DNA from: Azolla caroliniana
Lineage: Eukaryota > Plantae > Polypodiophyta
DNA: 64,000 bases
Direction of reading: 5' to 3'
NCBI GenBank assembly: GCA_043228905.1
Contig: JBHGNT010000020.1
Location: 12,648,001 to 12,712,000 of the forward strand
Below the pieces are notes generated by a model. That model worked only from the letters and a program-made list of their open reading frames with translations, did not search any database and was not told the origin of the DNA. This document shows, one piece after another, positions 37,779-50,441 of the stretch (positions within the stretch are counted from its first letter, which is position 1; each line of letters opens with the position of its first letter). The position numbers and the translations under genes were made by a program.

Positions 37779-39206
37779 CTCATATGGCGAGGACGCATTG
37801 TCGCGTTGTTACGCGCGTGCGTGGAGAACAAGGCGGGACCACTGGGGTCTTGGACCGAGGAATAGGTGAGGAAGCGAATGGAGAGAGAGAGAGAGAGACA
37901 CGCTCACACACGTGTAGACAAAGAAGTGCGCGGGAACGCAGCCCAACAACACAAGAGACACAAGTTGAGCAGGAGATAGGGTAAAAGGGACGCGTAAATA
38001 AATATAAGTATGCAGACGACTCGAACGGTTACAGCCGATTAGGTCGGCGAGATGGGTGTCGACGCCTGATCACCCACGCACACAAGGGAGCAAGATGGAG
38101 ATTCTGCCGGAAGCGCACGAGCGTTCGACGGAGCAAAATCAGCCTCTCGAGAACCTGCGCAAAGAAAGCTAAGGAGAAGGACAGAGGAGAAGAGCTTGGT
38201 CCCAGTCCGACAGTACTTCGTCCCCTCTAACGCGCGATACCTTCTCTCCCCCGTCTCCCTCTCTTTTATAGCTCAAGGAGGGAGGCCGTCTTGCCCGTTT
38301 ACATCACATTAATTCTCTGTCCTTTCGGACAGAGATACTCCTCGATTCTCCCTATAGAATATTGCTACCTAGGATTTAACCATTGCGCCTACCTATCTTC
38401 TTTACGACAAAGGACGTGCCCACGTGTAAGGGCCGGTTCACACACATTATACACGGTTTGCGCCTGGGGACGGTTTTCTTCACGACATCCGGCCCCACCT
38501 AACCGCGCATCCACCGGTATGCGCCAAAGTTGGGTTCCTACGGGAGAAAACCGATCCTTGCTTTTACTCCTCGTTTACCGGTTCATCCTCCGCCTCGGGC
38601 TGCTTGTCGTCGTTGTACATGCCCCCTAGCTCCGGCTCCCCGTCGTGCCGTTTCTTGAACGCTTTGATCCTCTTCCCCGCTACCGGTATCGCCATTCTCG
38701 TACCGTCCAGCTCTGCGAGATGGTATGTCCCATTGCCGTTGGCGCCTGTTACTACGTAAGGCCCAAACCACCTCCTCGCAAACTTCCGCATGGCCCTGTG
38801 CTGATTGTCGAGGCTGCTATCGTAGACTAGCACCCAATCGCCTTCCTCGATCTGCCTTGCCTGGACCTGTGTGTTCGGTCGAACCGGGCTTTGTTCCTCC
38901 GGCCTCCGCTCGTAGTTTCTCCGCGGCTCGCTCTACGTCCTCCGGCCTCCGCTCGAGCTGTCGAATCCGCGCCGCCAACAGTTCTTCCCAGCTCATCTCA
39001 TCCCTCCAGTCCACCGTGGGCCACGAGGAGATCGTTCGCTCTGCTGGCATGATCGGTTTCTGTCCGAACATCAGCTAGGCCGGCATGAAGCCGGTTACCG
39101 AACTGTGCGTGGTACGGTCCGCCCACAAGGCATAAGGTAGCAGCCGTGGCCAGTCCCCGACTCGGCCTCCGCACGCCCGTACTAGCGCTTTGACAATTGG
39201 CCCGTG

Positions 39207-42200
39207 TGTTGGAGACAAAGTCGTCTGGGCGGAAGATCAAGAAGCATTCGATTGCTGTTGAGTACCTGCGTATGACAGATTGTAGGTCGTTGCACAGAGA
39301 GAGAGAGAGAGAGAGAGACACACACACACAAAAGACTCCTTATTCCATAAAGCAATAATACAACACCCAACCTTACAAAAAGGTTACAAGGTCACTATAT
39401 ATAGTGACCGACTTAGGGCAACTACCCTTTATGCTAACTACATAAATGGCCAAAACGGGATAGTGTGAATACGTCCATTATACACATGTATTCGACACTC
39501 CCCCGTAATGGGCGTATACATGGGTTATCTAAGATTACAGGTATAGACTTAGGTTCTCGGACATATCAGCTTTGTTCGAGTCGGCAGGGTCCGAAGGCAG
39601 AAGACCGAACTGGTCGGGTCGGAACAGTTGAAGCCGATCATTAAGGAACTAATGTCGGTTGTCGGGAACCATCCTGCTCTGTGTCCGGCTCTAACCGGAC
39701 TGGTTTGTCATTACGCCCATCTGATGCCGAAGAGACCGAAAACGGTCTGCCGAAAGACATTTGGTCATTCCATCTGCGACATTGTCGGTTGTGGATATTT
39801 TCTCTAGACCGATTTTCCCTGAAATGACGCAGTCCCGAACGAAGTGATATCGAACGTCGATATGTTTGGAGGCGTTGTGGTGAACCGGATTTTTTGACAA
39901 GGCAACAGCACCTTGACTGTCGCTGTAGACAACTGGGGCCGAGTCATGGTCGACTTGTCGAAACGTGTGCGCCAGCCGACCGAGCCACAAAGCTTCTTTT
40001 GCTGCGTCGGACGCAGCTACATATTCTGCTTCGGTCGTTGAGGTCGTTGTGCACTCCTGAAGTTTCGACTTCCACGAGATTGCTCCATTGCCGAATTTGA
40101 AGCAGTATCCGGTTGTTGATTTCCGACTGTCTATACAGCCGGCGAAATCCGAGTCGGTGTAACCGACTACGCCTGAGGTTCGGTTCGGACCGAAAAGAAT
40201 GCCGTGGTCTTTTGTGCCAGCCAGATATCTGAACACATGCTTGACTGCGTTCCAATGCGATCGGCCAGGATTGTGCATAAATCTGCTAACGACTCCTACG
40301 GCGTGAGAAATATCAGGCCGTGTCGCGACCATCAGGTACATAAGGGAGCCGACTGCCGGTGCATACGGTACCGACTTCATATCTTCCCCCTCCGGACCGG
40401 ATGTCGGGCAGTCTCGCTGAGAGAGCCGAAGATTCATGGGGAGCGGGGTTGAAGCAGATTTGGCTGATTGCATGTTGAAGCGTTCCAAGACACGTCCGAT
40501 ATAGTCGGTCTGAGACAAAAAAAGATGTCGTTTATCGCGATGCCGACTAATTTTCATGCCAAGGATGTGTCGTGCCGGACCGAGGTCCTTCATGGCAAAC
40601 TTCAACCGCAGTTGCCGAACGAGATCGGCAAGTTCGCCCGCGTGGCGTCCAGAGATTAGCATGTCGTCCACGTAAATGATGAGGAAGATGGGTGATCCAT
40701 CTTGAGCTGTGCTGGTGAAGAGACAATGGTCCTCATCGCTTTTTGAGAAGCCGATCGATTGGATGAAGTCGTCGAACTTCTTGTACCATTGTCGCGGTGC
40801 CTGTTTGAGGCCGTATAGACTCTTCCTGAGTCGGCAGACTAGATGTTCTTGGCCGGTTGCCACGAAGCCTTTTGGCTGCTCCATATAAATTTCCTCGTCA
40901 AGATCACCATGGAGGAATGCTGTTTTGACATCTAGCTGAATCAGCTCCAAGTTGTCGGCTGCCACTACGCCGAGTAGAAAACGAAGGGTTGTCATTTTCA
41001 CCACTGGTGAAAAAATCTCGTCGAAGTCGACGCCATATTCTTGTCGGAAGCCCTTCGCAACTAATCTGGCCTTGTACTTTGGGGTGGTCGAATCAGACGT
41101 CTCTTTTAGTCGATAAACCCACTTGCAAGGAAGAGCACGTCGATTCTTAGGTAATTCGACCAGATCCCAGGTCTTGTTTGCCCGAATGGAGTGCATTTCC
41201 GACTCCATCGCCAGATGCCAGGTGGCTGAATCGACAGAAGTCGATGCTTCTTCGTAAGACGTCGGTTCGCCGGCGTCGGTGAAGAAAATTCCAGGAGAAT
41301 ACCTCTCCGGAGGTTGCGACAGTCTCTCGGATCGTCGAGGTATGATTGGACTGGTCGCATCGGGTATCAAGGCCGGATGGTCCGAAAGCGGATTGTTCTG
41401 CTGTGCCGAGTCGGGGTTGTCCGAGTCGGTAGTGTAAGGTTCAGCTACCCGTGAAGCTGACCATGTGTTGAGAGCAGGGCCTTCTTGAAGGGTCGGCACA
41501 TCGGAAAATGTTACCCTTCGGACTTCGATCGGTTTTTCGACTGATGGATTCATAGCCGACTCGTTGAACACAACGTCCGAACTTCGAACGATTTGTCTGC
41601 GTTCGGGGTCCCAGAGTCGGTATCCCATTTCGCCGTCGGATCCATATCCGAGGAAAATGCATTTCCTGGACCGAGGTGCAAGTTTTCGGCGATCATCTTT
41701 CGGAATGAGGGCGTACGCCTCGCATCCGAAGATCCTCAGCTTGTCGTAATTCGGCTTACTGCCGATCCATAGTTCCTGAGGAATTTGAAGTCCTAGAGGT
41801 CTACTTGGCGACATATTGATTATGTGTACTGCCGTGAGTAGAGCCTCTGCCCAGAAGCCATCCGACAGTCTGGAGTGTTGGAGCATGGAGACTATCCATT
41901 CTTGGATTGTGCGATTCATGCGTTCGGCAATCCCGTTTTGCTCCGGGCTGTGTGGTGTCGTAAATTCACGTCGGATGCCGCGTTGTCGGCAGAATTTGAC
42001 GAATTCTTCTGATTTGAACTCTCCCCCGTTGTCGGTTCGAAAGCATTTCAGCTTTCGGTCGGTTTGATTTTCTACCATAGCGAGCCAATCGGTGAAGATC
42101 GAGAAGACACGATCTTTAGTGCGAATTGGATAAGCCCACACCTTTCGAGTCGAATCGTCAATAAAACTGACGAAGTAAGAGGCACCACCAAGAGACTGAT

Positions 42201-44453
42201 GCGGCATTGGGCCACAGACGTCCGAGTGGACTAAATCGAGGGGTCTCGTTTCTCTTGGTGCTGATGTCGGGTGTGATGCGGCTGCTTGTTTGCCATACTG
42301 ACAATGCTCGCAGAATTGATGGTCGGAGAAGGAGAGTTTAGGGATGTATCCGGCTCTAGATAGGTGCGTGATGCCGGCCTTGCTGAGGTGTCCTAATCTT
42401 CTGTGCCATAGTGATGACACAGGAATATCCACCAAAAACAGGTTACCCTCTCTGAGCGTAACATGTAACGGATACAATGAGTGTATCTTGGGTCCTCTAG
42501 CAAGCAGGAGGTTCCCCCTGTGGAGTGTCCACCCTCCCGAAGAAAAACCGGCACGAATGCCGTCTTCATCTAGTTGTCCGACTGAGATCAATGGCCTTGA
42601 GAGCTCGGGTACATGTCGGACATTGTGGAGTACAAGTGTAGAGCCACCTGCAAGGTTGAGCTCTACTGTGCCGATTCCAATGATGTCACAGTGTTGCGAG
42701 TTGCCGACCCGAACTGAGTCGGAGTGACGGATCGTATATTGCCGAAATTGGGATCGATGAGGAGTCACGTGAAATGACGCGCCCGAATCTAAGAGCCATG
42801 TGCTCGATTCTTCAGTCGTGAGCAGAACTTCTGATCCGACTGGATTTTCGATTGATAGTATATTCGGGTCGTCTGGTAGCACATCAGCTGAGAAGCTGAC
42901 GTAATTAATCTCCTCATGCCGGCCACTCTTCTTGTTGTTCTTGTTCTTGAGTGCGCGGCAGTCGGCTTTGATGTGTCCGGGTTTCTTGCAATAGTTGCAG
43001 ATTCGGTTATCCCGTGACTGGCTCCGTCTTCGCTGATTGTTCGGCGGCCGTGAGGAATCTCTTCCTCGTATGTTCGATCGGTCTGTCGAACCTTGTACTA
43101 CATAAGCGTCGTCTGTTGAGTCTTTGGCGAAAGACTTTCTCCGAGCTGCTTCGGTCAGGATTGCGCTCGTGACTTCGGAGTATTTAACAGCCGTGGTTGA
43201 CGCGTTGCACACGGTTGTGACGAAAGTTTCCCATGATGAGGGAAGGCTGCTCATGAGTATCATTGCTCTGAGTTCATCCTCGATTGCCGTCCCCTGTGAC
43301 GAGATTTGGGAGCTTATGCTTTCGTACTCATTGAGGTGTGCTTGAACCGAATCGGATTCTTTCATCCGCAAGTTGTAGAGGCGCCGGATCAGAAACATCT
43401 TCGTTGCGGCGACCTTCTTTTCGTAAGTGTCCGACAATGTTTTCCACAGTTCGAATGCTGTCGTACACGATTGCACCGTAAAGTATACCGATTCCGATAG
43501 GTGCATCCGAATCGTGGCGCGGACAATTCTGTCCAGCTTCTGCCACTCAATTGGTTTGTCTCCTTCTGGAGGTTCTTCATTTTCGATGGGATCGATTTGC
43601 CCCTTGACTATGAGATAGTCCTGCATTTGCTCCTTCCAGAAGTTGAAGTTCGATCCATCGAACTTTCGTAGACTCATTTCTGACGAGCCGGATGTTGATG
43701 CCATCAAATTCGGTTTAGGTTGACGAAGCTCGGTTCGGAGTTGACTACGAACCTTGTTGGAGTGCAGCCGGTTGGCTCACCCGATATCGTTCTAGTCGGA
43801 TTTGAACCCGAGTCGGTTCGGCTTCGGAACTTGCTCGAATTGACTCCGGTAACTTGAGGGACAGAACCGACTGGTCTTCCCGAATGTTGCCGAGTCGGAG
43901 TGAGCCCGGTTCGCTTCGGATATATATGCCGAATACCAATTATTGAAACCGATTATCTGGACCGATTCTGCTTCGGGTGGCTGCAGCGACGAGAGAGACA
44001 GATCCAACTGATCCTCCCGAATGTCGATCAGCCGGATGAAGCGCGAATTGGGGTTGTTGTCTTGAGACCGATCTGCACCGAGTGGTTACAACGAGCGGCG
44101 TTTGTTGACCTCTTCGGATGCCGTTTAACCGAGTGGAGCACGATCGTGTCAATGTTGCACAAGGGGATTTCACCTCGAGCGTTGCGATCACAGGGAACGG
44201 AGTACAACTAGCTGGCTTACTCCAAGCAAAGATGATCTAACGCGATGAGATGCAGGCCTCGTTTTTCTTCTTCTTCTCTCTTTTTCGAATGACGCAGGAA
44301 ACCGAATGCTGAGACGACGGCCGACAGCGGATTGAAGGACCGACTACTGTGCAGGCTCTGATACCAGATGTTGGAGACAAAGTCGTCTGGGCGGAAGATC
44401 AAGAAGCATTCGATTGCTGTTGAGTACCTGCGTATGACAGATTGTAGGTCGTT

Positions 44454-44491
<38 letters not shown>

Positions 44492-44659
44492 AAAAGACTC
44501 CTTATTCCATAAAGCAATAATACAACACCCAACCTTACAAAAAGGTTACAAGGTCACTATATATAGTGACCGACTTAGGGCAACTACCCTTTATGCTAAT
44601 TACATAAATGGCCAAAACGGGATAGTGTGAATACGTCCATTATACACATGTATTCGACA
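39207..44659 (-). mobile_element. intact young copia K3, TSD CCGTG
   Basis: 291-bp LTRs 39207-39497 and 44369-44659 are nearly identical; PBS TGGTATCAGAGC 44355-44366; PPT GGGGGAG. Confidence 0.97.
39691..43707 (-). CDS. copia gag-pol polyprotein (1338 aa), uninterrupted
   Basis: CNYCKKPGHIKADC, WLLDSGAS, WHRRLGH, TDNGGEF, YVDDML, DSDFAG, KHIDVRYHF. Confidence 0.97.
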   Translation of the reverse strand: MMASTSGSSEMSLRKFDGSNFNFWKEQMQDYLIVKGQIDPIENEEPPEGDKPIEWQKLDRIVRATIRMHLSESVYFTVQSCTTAFELWKTLSDTYEKKVAATKMFLIRRLYNLRMKESDSVQAHLNEYESISSQISSQGTAIEDELRAMILMSSLPSSWETFVTTVCNASTTAVKYSEVTSAILTEAARRKSFAKDSTDDAYVVQGSTDRSNIRGRDSSRPPNNQRRRSQSRDNRICNYCKKPGHIKADCRALKNKNNKKSGRHEEINYVSFSADVLPDDPNILSIENPVGSEVLLTTEESSTWLLDSGASFHVTPHRSQFRQYTIRHSDSVRVGNSQHCDIIGIGTVELNLAGGSTLVLHNVRHVPELSRPLISVGQLDEDGIRAGFSSGGWTLHRGNLLLARGPKIHSLYPLHVTLREGNLFLVDIPVSSLWHRRLGHLSKAGITHLSRAGYIPKLSFSDHQFCEHCQYGKQAAASHPTSAPRETRPLDLVHSDVCGPMPHQSLGGASYFVSFIDDSTRKVWAYPIRTKDRVFSIFTDWLAMVENQTDRKLKCFRTDNGGEFKSEEFVKFCRQRGIRREFTTPHSPEQNGIAERMNRTIQEWIVSMLQHSRLSDGFWAEALLTAVHIINMSPSRPLGLQIPQELWIGSKPNYDKLRIFGCEAYALIPKDDRRKLAPRSRKCIFLGYGSDGEMGYRLWDPERRQIVRSSDVVFNESAMNPSVEKPIEVRRVTFSDVPTLQEGPALNTWSASRVAEPYTTDSDNPDSAQQNNPLSDHPALIPDATSPIIPRRSERLSQPPERYSPGIFFTDAGEPTSYEEASTSVDSATWHLAMESEMHSIRANKTWDLVELPKNRRALPCKWVYRLKETSDSTTPKYKARLVAKGFRQEYGVDFDEIFSPVVKMTTLRFLLGVVAADNLELIQLDVKTAFLHGDLDEEIYMEQPKGFVATGQEHLVCRLRKSLYGLKQAPRQWYKKFDDFIQSIGFSKSDEDHCLFTSTAQDGSPIFLIIYVDDMLISGRHAGELADLVRQLRLKFAMKDLGPARHILGMKISRHRDKRHLFLSQTDYIGRVLERFNMQSAKSASTPLPMNLRLSQRDCPTSGPEGEDMKSVPYAPAVGSLMYLMVATRPDISHAVGVVSRFMHNPGRSHWNAVKHVFRYLAGTKDHGILFGPNRTSGVVGYTDSDFAGCIDSRKSTTGYCFKFGNGAISWKSKLQECTTTSTTEAEYVAASDAAKEALWLGRLAHTFRQVDHDSAPVVYSDSQGAVALSKNPVHHNASKHIDVRYHFVRDCVISGKIGLEKISTTDNVADGMTKCLSADRFRSLRHQMGVMTNQSG

Positions 44660-47600
44660 CCGTGTTCGTGCTCCACCTTCCCATTCGCCTCCGGATTGTA
44701 CGCTGTGGTGAGCGAAAGTTTGACTCCTAGCCGGTCGAACAGCTCTTCGGCCTCTTCTGCGTCCAACTCACCACGGTCAGCCACGATCTTCCCTATGCAC
44801 CCGTATCGGCACACGGCTGTCGTCGTCTTGTTCTGCAGGGCTCGGCCTTCAACCTGGTTCATTAGATCTTCCCGAACCAGCACCAGATACCGCATATGTC
44901 CTACCCCCATTGGCATCGTCACCAAATCCACCATCCACTTGAAGTGGACGGTCGGAGGGTAGGTCGGGTGAAGCTCGTCCCGATGTCGGATCATGGAGTG
45001 TACCTGACAGCTTTCGCAAGTCGTCACGAATCGATGCACGTCCCGGTATAGTCCCGACCACCAGTACTTCCCCTTCAGCTTTTCGAACGTGGCCCACGTT
45101 CCACGGTGTCCAGCCCACGGGCTACCGTGGTACGCCGCAAGCAAATCCTCCTTCTTCGCCACCACTCGAAACGGGATGTCATTCCTCTTCTTCGGGTGCT
45201 TCCAGATGTATCCGTCCCGGAGAAAGAATCGATAGGCTTTCTTCCGAATCCGGTTGGCCTCGTCCGTTGTCCATGCTGCGTCCGGTGTCATTGTTTTCAG
45301 GAACCCGCCGATCTGCAACCACTCCCCGTCGTACTTTCTCTTGTCGAAGTCGTTAAGCGTCGGAGAGCATTCCCCGTTGGTTGTCATGTAAGCCGCCTCG
45401 AAGAAGTCCACGCCGACTTCCTCGTCCTCTGAAACCATGCCGCCGTCGTTTTCGAACCTCGCCCTTGAAAGCATGTCGGCCATGGCGTTGTCTTTCCCGG
45501 AGATGTGTCGTATTTCCGGATTCAGGGACTTGATGTACGCTATCCACCTGAGCATTGCCAGCTCCGGCGTCGCGCATCCAGAAACCATGCCAAGAATTGG
45601 CAGGCAGTCTGTCTCGATAATTACCTCTGCCCCGATCAGATAGTCTTTATCGGCCTTTACCGCCGAAATGATACCCTAGAGCTCACGTTTAACCTGGGCG
45701 TATCCTCGCTGTCGCTCGCTAAGGACTTTCGCGCCAAACCGGATCGGGAAACGCATGCCATCCTCGTCCTCCTGGTTGACGACCCATCCGACCGTGTCTA
45801 CCGTTACGTAAACTGGAGTGCTCTGTCCGTAGACAACCTTTCGGAGCGCCGGAGCCGCGGCAAATGCTCCCTTCATCTTCCGGACAGACTCTGTATGCTC
45901 GTATCTCCACTCGAATTTTCGCCCCTTTTTCAGCAACCCGTATAATGGCTCCGCGACGTGAGCGTAATGCGGGATCCATATATGGTAGAACGTGCACGCT
46001 CCCAAGAACCTCCGAACCTCCGTGACCGAGCTACAGTCGTTCTTCATCATGGAGATGGCTTCTACCTTAGCCGGAGACGGTTTCCGGCCGTACGGCCCGC
46101 ATAGGTGTCCGACGACCATGATCTTTGATTGCCCGAAGGCCGATTTTCCCCCGGAGAAGGTGAGCCTCGCGCCCTCCAACCTCTACAGCACCTTCTCGCA
46201 GTCATCGATGTGCGCCGCCACGAATTTCCGGCATCCGTCCGGTCCAATCGTCTCGTCCCTTTCCTCCACCGGGCATCCTTTGATCGGGACGTCGTCCAAA
46301 AATGGCATGGTGATGTCCGGGATACAATCCCTCAGCACCTTGTTCATTGCGTTCACCATGTGAGCCACCGAGTTCGTCCCTCCTTGCGGTAGGGTACACA
46401 TCCGTACTAGGCCGAGAGGAGTTCGCATTGTCATGATGTCTCTACTCTCTACGGCGAGCTGGAACTGATCGTACCCCGAGTAGAGATCACCAACCGAGTA
46501 AATCGACCTTCTGGCGAAGGCCTCCGCGAACTCGTCTATTGTCGGTCCGATTCCTGCGTTTCGAATGGTCACCTTGTTGACCGGCTGCAGGTCTTGAATA
46601 AAGCGCAGCGTGCCGTCCTTCTTCGGCACGGTAAACCACCGATTCGAGTATGGGGCACTCGACGGTTCGAGGATTCCCATCTCAACCTTCTGCTTTAACA
46701 GCTCCATCAGCTTCGGGATGTGAGCTCTGGGTACTGGAATCGGTTTGAGACTCCACGGCACATGCGGTACCGTGAATATCACCATCGGTTCCACGACTGT
46801 CGGGTCTACGCACCCGATCTCCTCCGGTAAGAATGCGAGAGCCTTCCCGTGCCTTCCGAGCATTCCCCGAAAACGGTCCTCTTCCGCCAGCAGTAGGAAG
46901 CCGCCCCCACCGATTTTGAGCTCGCGTAGCGTTATATCGGTGAATGTGTGTCCTATGCGGGCCGGATTTCGTAAACTCGGGTCCGATGCAACCCTCTTTA
47001 TTCGCAACTCGCTGCCCTCCGGCAAGGGAGCCGCGACTGGCCTCACCTTCCTGTCCACAGTCTTGTACCTCGTGTCCACCCGGGCCGTCCGATCCGACTC
47101 GAGCCCTCTACTGAAGTCCGCGATGACTTCGTATATCTTTTTCGAACATACCGGAATCATCCGGTCCTCTTTCAGGACTCCTCCGACTACCTCTCGCAGC
47201 TCCCCCAAGGTATCGTCGAAAGAGACTGCCTCCACGGCTCCGTTGATTTCCTCTCCAAGGCCGAGGACGCCACATGCCCGAAGTCGCTCCTCCGCCCGTT
47301 TCTTCTTCCGTCCAACAACGTCAACTATCGTACACCCACTCACCCTATTGTCGAGGTCTTCCCTTCCCTTCCCTTCCCTTCCCTTCCCCGGGGTGTTTGT
47401 TTTTCCCTCGGTTACCCTGTGTGACTTGTCTTACTAGAGTCTTGCGTGTATATCTTGTATGAGTCGCCTAGATTGGAGAACCAAAATTTCCTACTTACAG
47501 TACAGGGATTCTTCACTATCATACACTTGTGGGGTTCTCCCAGAGTGTCCGGACTATCCCGGCCCCACACCTTGATAGCCCTCTTCAAAAATCCTCCCGG

Positions 47601-50441
47601 CTTTCGCCCCCGGGGGTCTCGCGGTTCCTCTCATGGTTTGGTCTCACCGTCAGGAACTGGACCGAGTGGCGCCCATCCTGGCTCTTGACCCTTGCATAGG
47701 CCGATCCATTGTCCAGCACCTTGGTCTCCATCCGTGCTGCCGTGATGTACGGTTCTCCTAGTATAACCGGATGTGAGGACGTCTCCTGCACGAAGAAGTG
47801 CTGGTCAATCTCGACATTGTCGATCTTTACTCGTACATTCGGGCAAGCTCCATGCAGTTCTTCAGTGGCGCGCGTCGCTGCCCGTATCTTCCACCCGTGC
47901 TTGGTGTTGATCGGCCATTTCCCCTTCTTATAGAAGTCCATGGACATCAAATTGATTTCTGAACCGTGGTCCACCAACGCCACCACCGGTTCATGAACAT
48001 CTTCGATCTTCGCGGGGTCTCTGTGGTCGCTCTGGCCCAGTGCGGCCTCGAATAGTGGCTCTCTGCCAACTTGTCTTCCAGCGCCATGTCCTCTATGTGC
48101 GTCGTCCTGACCTCCACCGGCTTCTCCGGTTCTGTCTCCGTCGACAGCCTCTTCCTTTTCACCAAGTCTACGATGGAGTCGTGGAACTCCTTCTTGGCGA
48201 TCCCGAGCACTTCCCTCAGCGACAGTTCCACCTTGCTGTCGAGGATTCGTTCTTCCAAGACCTTTCGCAGGTCCGTGGATCTTTCGATTTCTGTGCCCAG
48301 CCGGTACCCGCCCTTCTTGGGATTATCCTGGGCATCGGTTACAATGGCCTCATTCCGTCTTTGCCCGAATCGAGTTTCATATCGCTGCGAGGGCCCGGCC
48401 CCTCCGGTTTTCCCTACCCGCTTGTCCTCCACCAGAGCCTCGTAGTTTTGACAAGCGGCTTCGACGAAGCCCGTCCTTTCTTCCACCAGGTCACTCCACC
48501 CGGTTACCTCCCGGACCCGTTTTTCCGCGCGGTCCACCTCTTCTTTCCTCAGCCGTGTGCTGGCGAGGCCTTCCAGCATCGTCGTCCAGAACCCGGCTTT
48601 GTTCATCTTCGGGGCCTCGCCACCTCCGACCCGAATACCAGCTGACGCCGAGTAGTGGACGGTCTCCGCGTGACGAGCCACCGCCTCCTCCATCAGCCTT
48701 TTCATATCCCCTTGCCCGACGTTCAGGTTCAGGGCCCTTCGGGTCTCGCTGGCGTGCACCCGACCGTTCCACAGGTACACCACGTTGCTTCTCATCGCCT
48801 CGGCGAAGTCCCCGCAGTCCTTCCGGATGTGTCCAACCGTGTCACACCACATGCACCTGTTTTCAGCCAGAGGTCATCAGTCACGGGCTTGTTCGCCACC
48901 ATCCCTCCGTGCCTGGGCGATCTGGAGATCCCTTACCATCCGTGTCAGCTCCTCCAAAGTTGCTCCCCCGGACGAGCCCTTGACCACGCCGGTTGAAGCC
49001 GATCTGGTCTCGAGCCAATCTCGGGTCTCTTCCCTTCGCGTTGGTGGTATTGGCTCAAGCTTCCTTACTGTGACAGAGCCCGCCCCTGTCGATCCTTTGT
49101 CAACCCATTCCCGCCGTTTGTCGAAACGGCCACAGACCCTTTTCACCACGGCCTAGTCGGTCGTCAGCCCATCATCAGTCTCCAATAGGAGGCCTACCTG
49201 CTCCCGATCCCGCTCGTCAACCGACTTAACAAACAATAGGACACGGCTTGTGTCCAGAACGATCCGGTCAAGCACCGAGAGGCGCGCGAAGCGTTCCTCA
49301 AACTCCCGAAGGAGCACTGACGCGTTCCTTCCTTTGTTGGGGGTCTCCACCCACTCTATGAAGTTCCGCTTCGAAAGTCGAAGCGCATCTTCAAGCCCGT
49401 ATCTTTCGAGGAGCCAACCTTCGAACTCCTCCCAGGTCCGGCTCTCGGCTCGTACCTCGAGCACCTCCGTATGGATACCCGGCATCGCCACTCGGGGGAA
49501 TCCGGCTAGACGCCTCTCTTCCGGAATGTCCCTCATTACCATCTTAGCCCGGTAGGACGCCAAGTAGCTCGTGGCATCCTTTCCACTAAACCGGCCGATC
49601 GTACCGACAACCGCCTCAATAGCCCTATCAAGGGCGTCGGTGCCTTCGCGCGCACTCACTATACGGTCTACAGCTAAAGCCATGGCTTCTGCGAGGTCCG
49701 ACCCCCTCATCTTCTACTCCTCTGCCGCCTGTTTCACGTCGGGTTCACCAAATATGTCGCGTTGTTACGCGCGTGCGTTGAGAACAAGGCGGGACCACTA
49801 GGGTCTTGGACCGAGGAATAGGTGAGGAAGCGAATGGAGAGAGAGAGAGAGACACGCTCACACACGTATAGACAAAGAAGCGCGCGGGAACGCAGCCCAA
49901 CAACACAAGAGACACAAGTTGAGCTAGAGATAGGGTAAAAGGGACGCATAAATAAATATAAGTATGCAGACGACTCGAACGGTTACAGCCGATCAGGTCG
50001 GCGAGACGGGTGTCGACGCCTGATCACCCACGCACATAGGGGAGCAAGATGGAGATTCTGCCGGAAGCGCACGGGCGTTCGACGGAGCAGAATCAGCCTC
50101 TCGAGAACCTGCGCAAAGAAAGCTAAGGAGAACGATAGAGGAGAAGAGCTCGGTCCCAGTCCAACAGCACTTCGTCCCCTCTAACGCGCGATACCTTCTC
50201 TCCCCCGTCTCCCTCTCTTTTATAGCTCAAGGATGGAGGCCGTCTTGCCCGTTTACATCACATTAATTCTCTGTCCTTTCGGACAAAGATACTCCTCGAT
50301 TCTCCCTATAGAATATTGCTACCTAGGATTTAACCCTTGCGCCTACCTATCTTCTTTATGACAAGGGACGTGCCCACGTATAAGGGCCGGTTCACACACA
50401 TTATACACGGTTTGCGCCTGGGGACGGTTTTCTTCACGACA

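Larger units (their letters stand above)
37799..50441 (-). mobile_element. full-length gypsy A4, TSD GCAT, with copia K3 nested in its integrase
   Basis: LTRs 37799-38487 and 49755-50441; Trp PBS 49733-49750; PPT next to 38488; gag from 49710; PR, RT, RH, INT. Confidence 0.95.
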
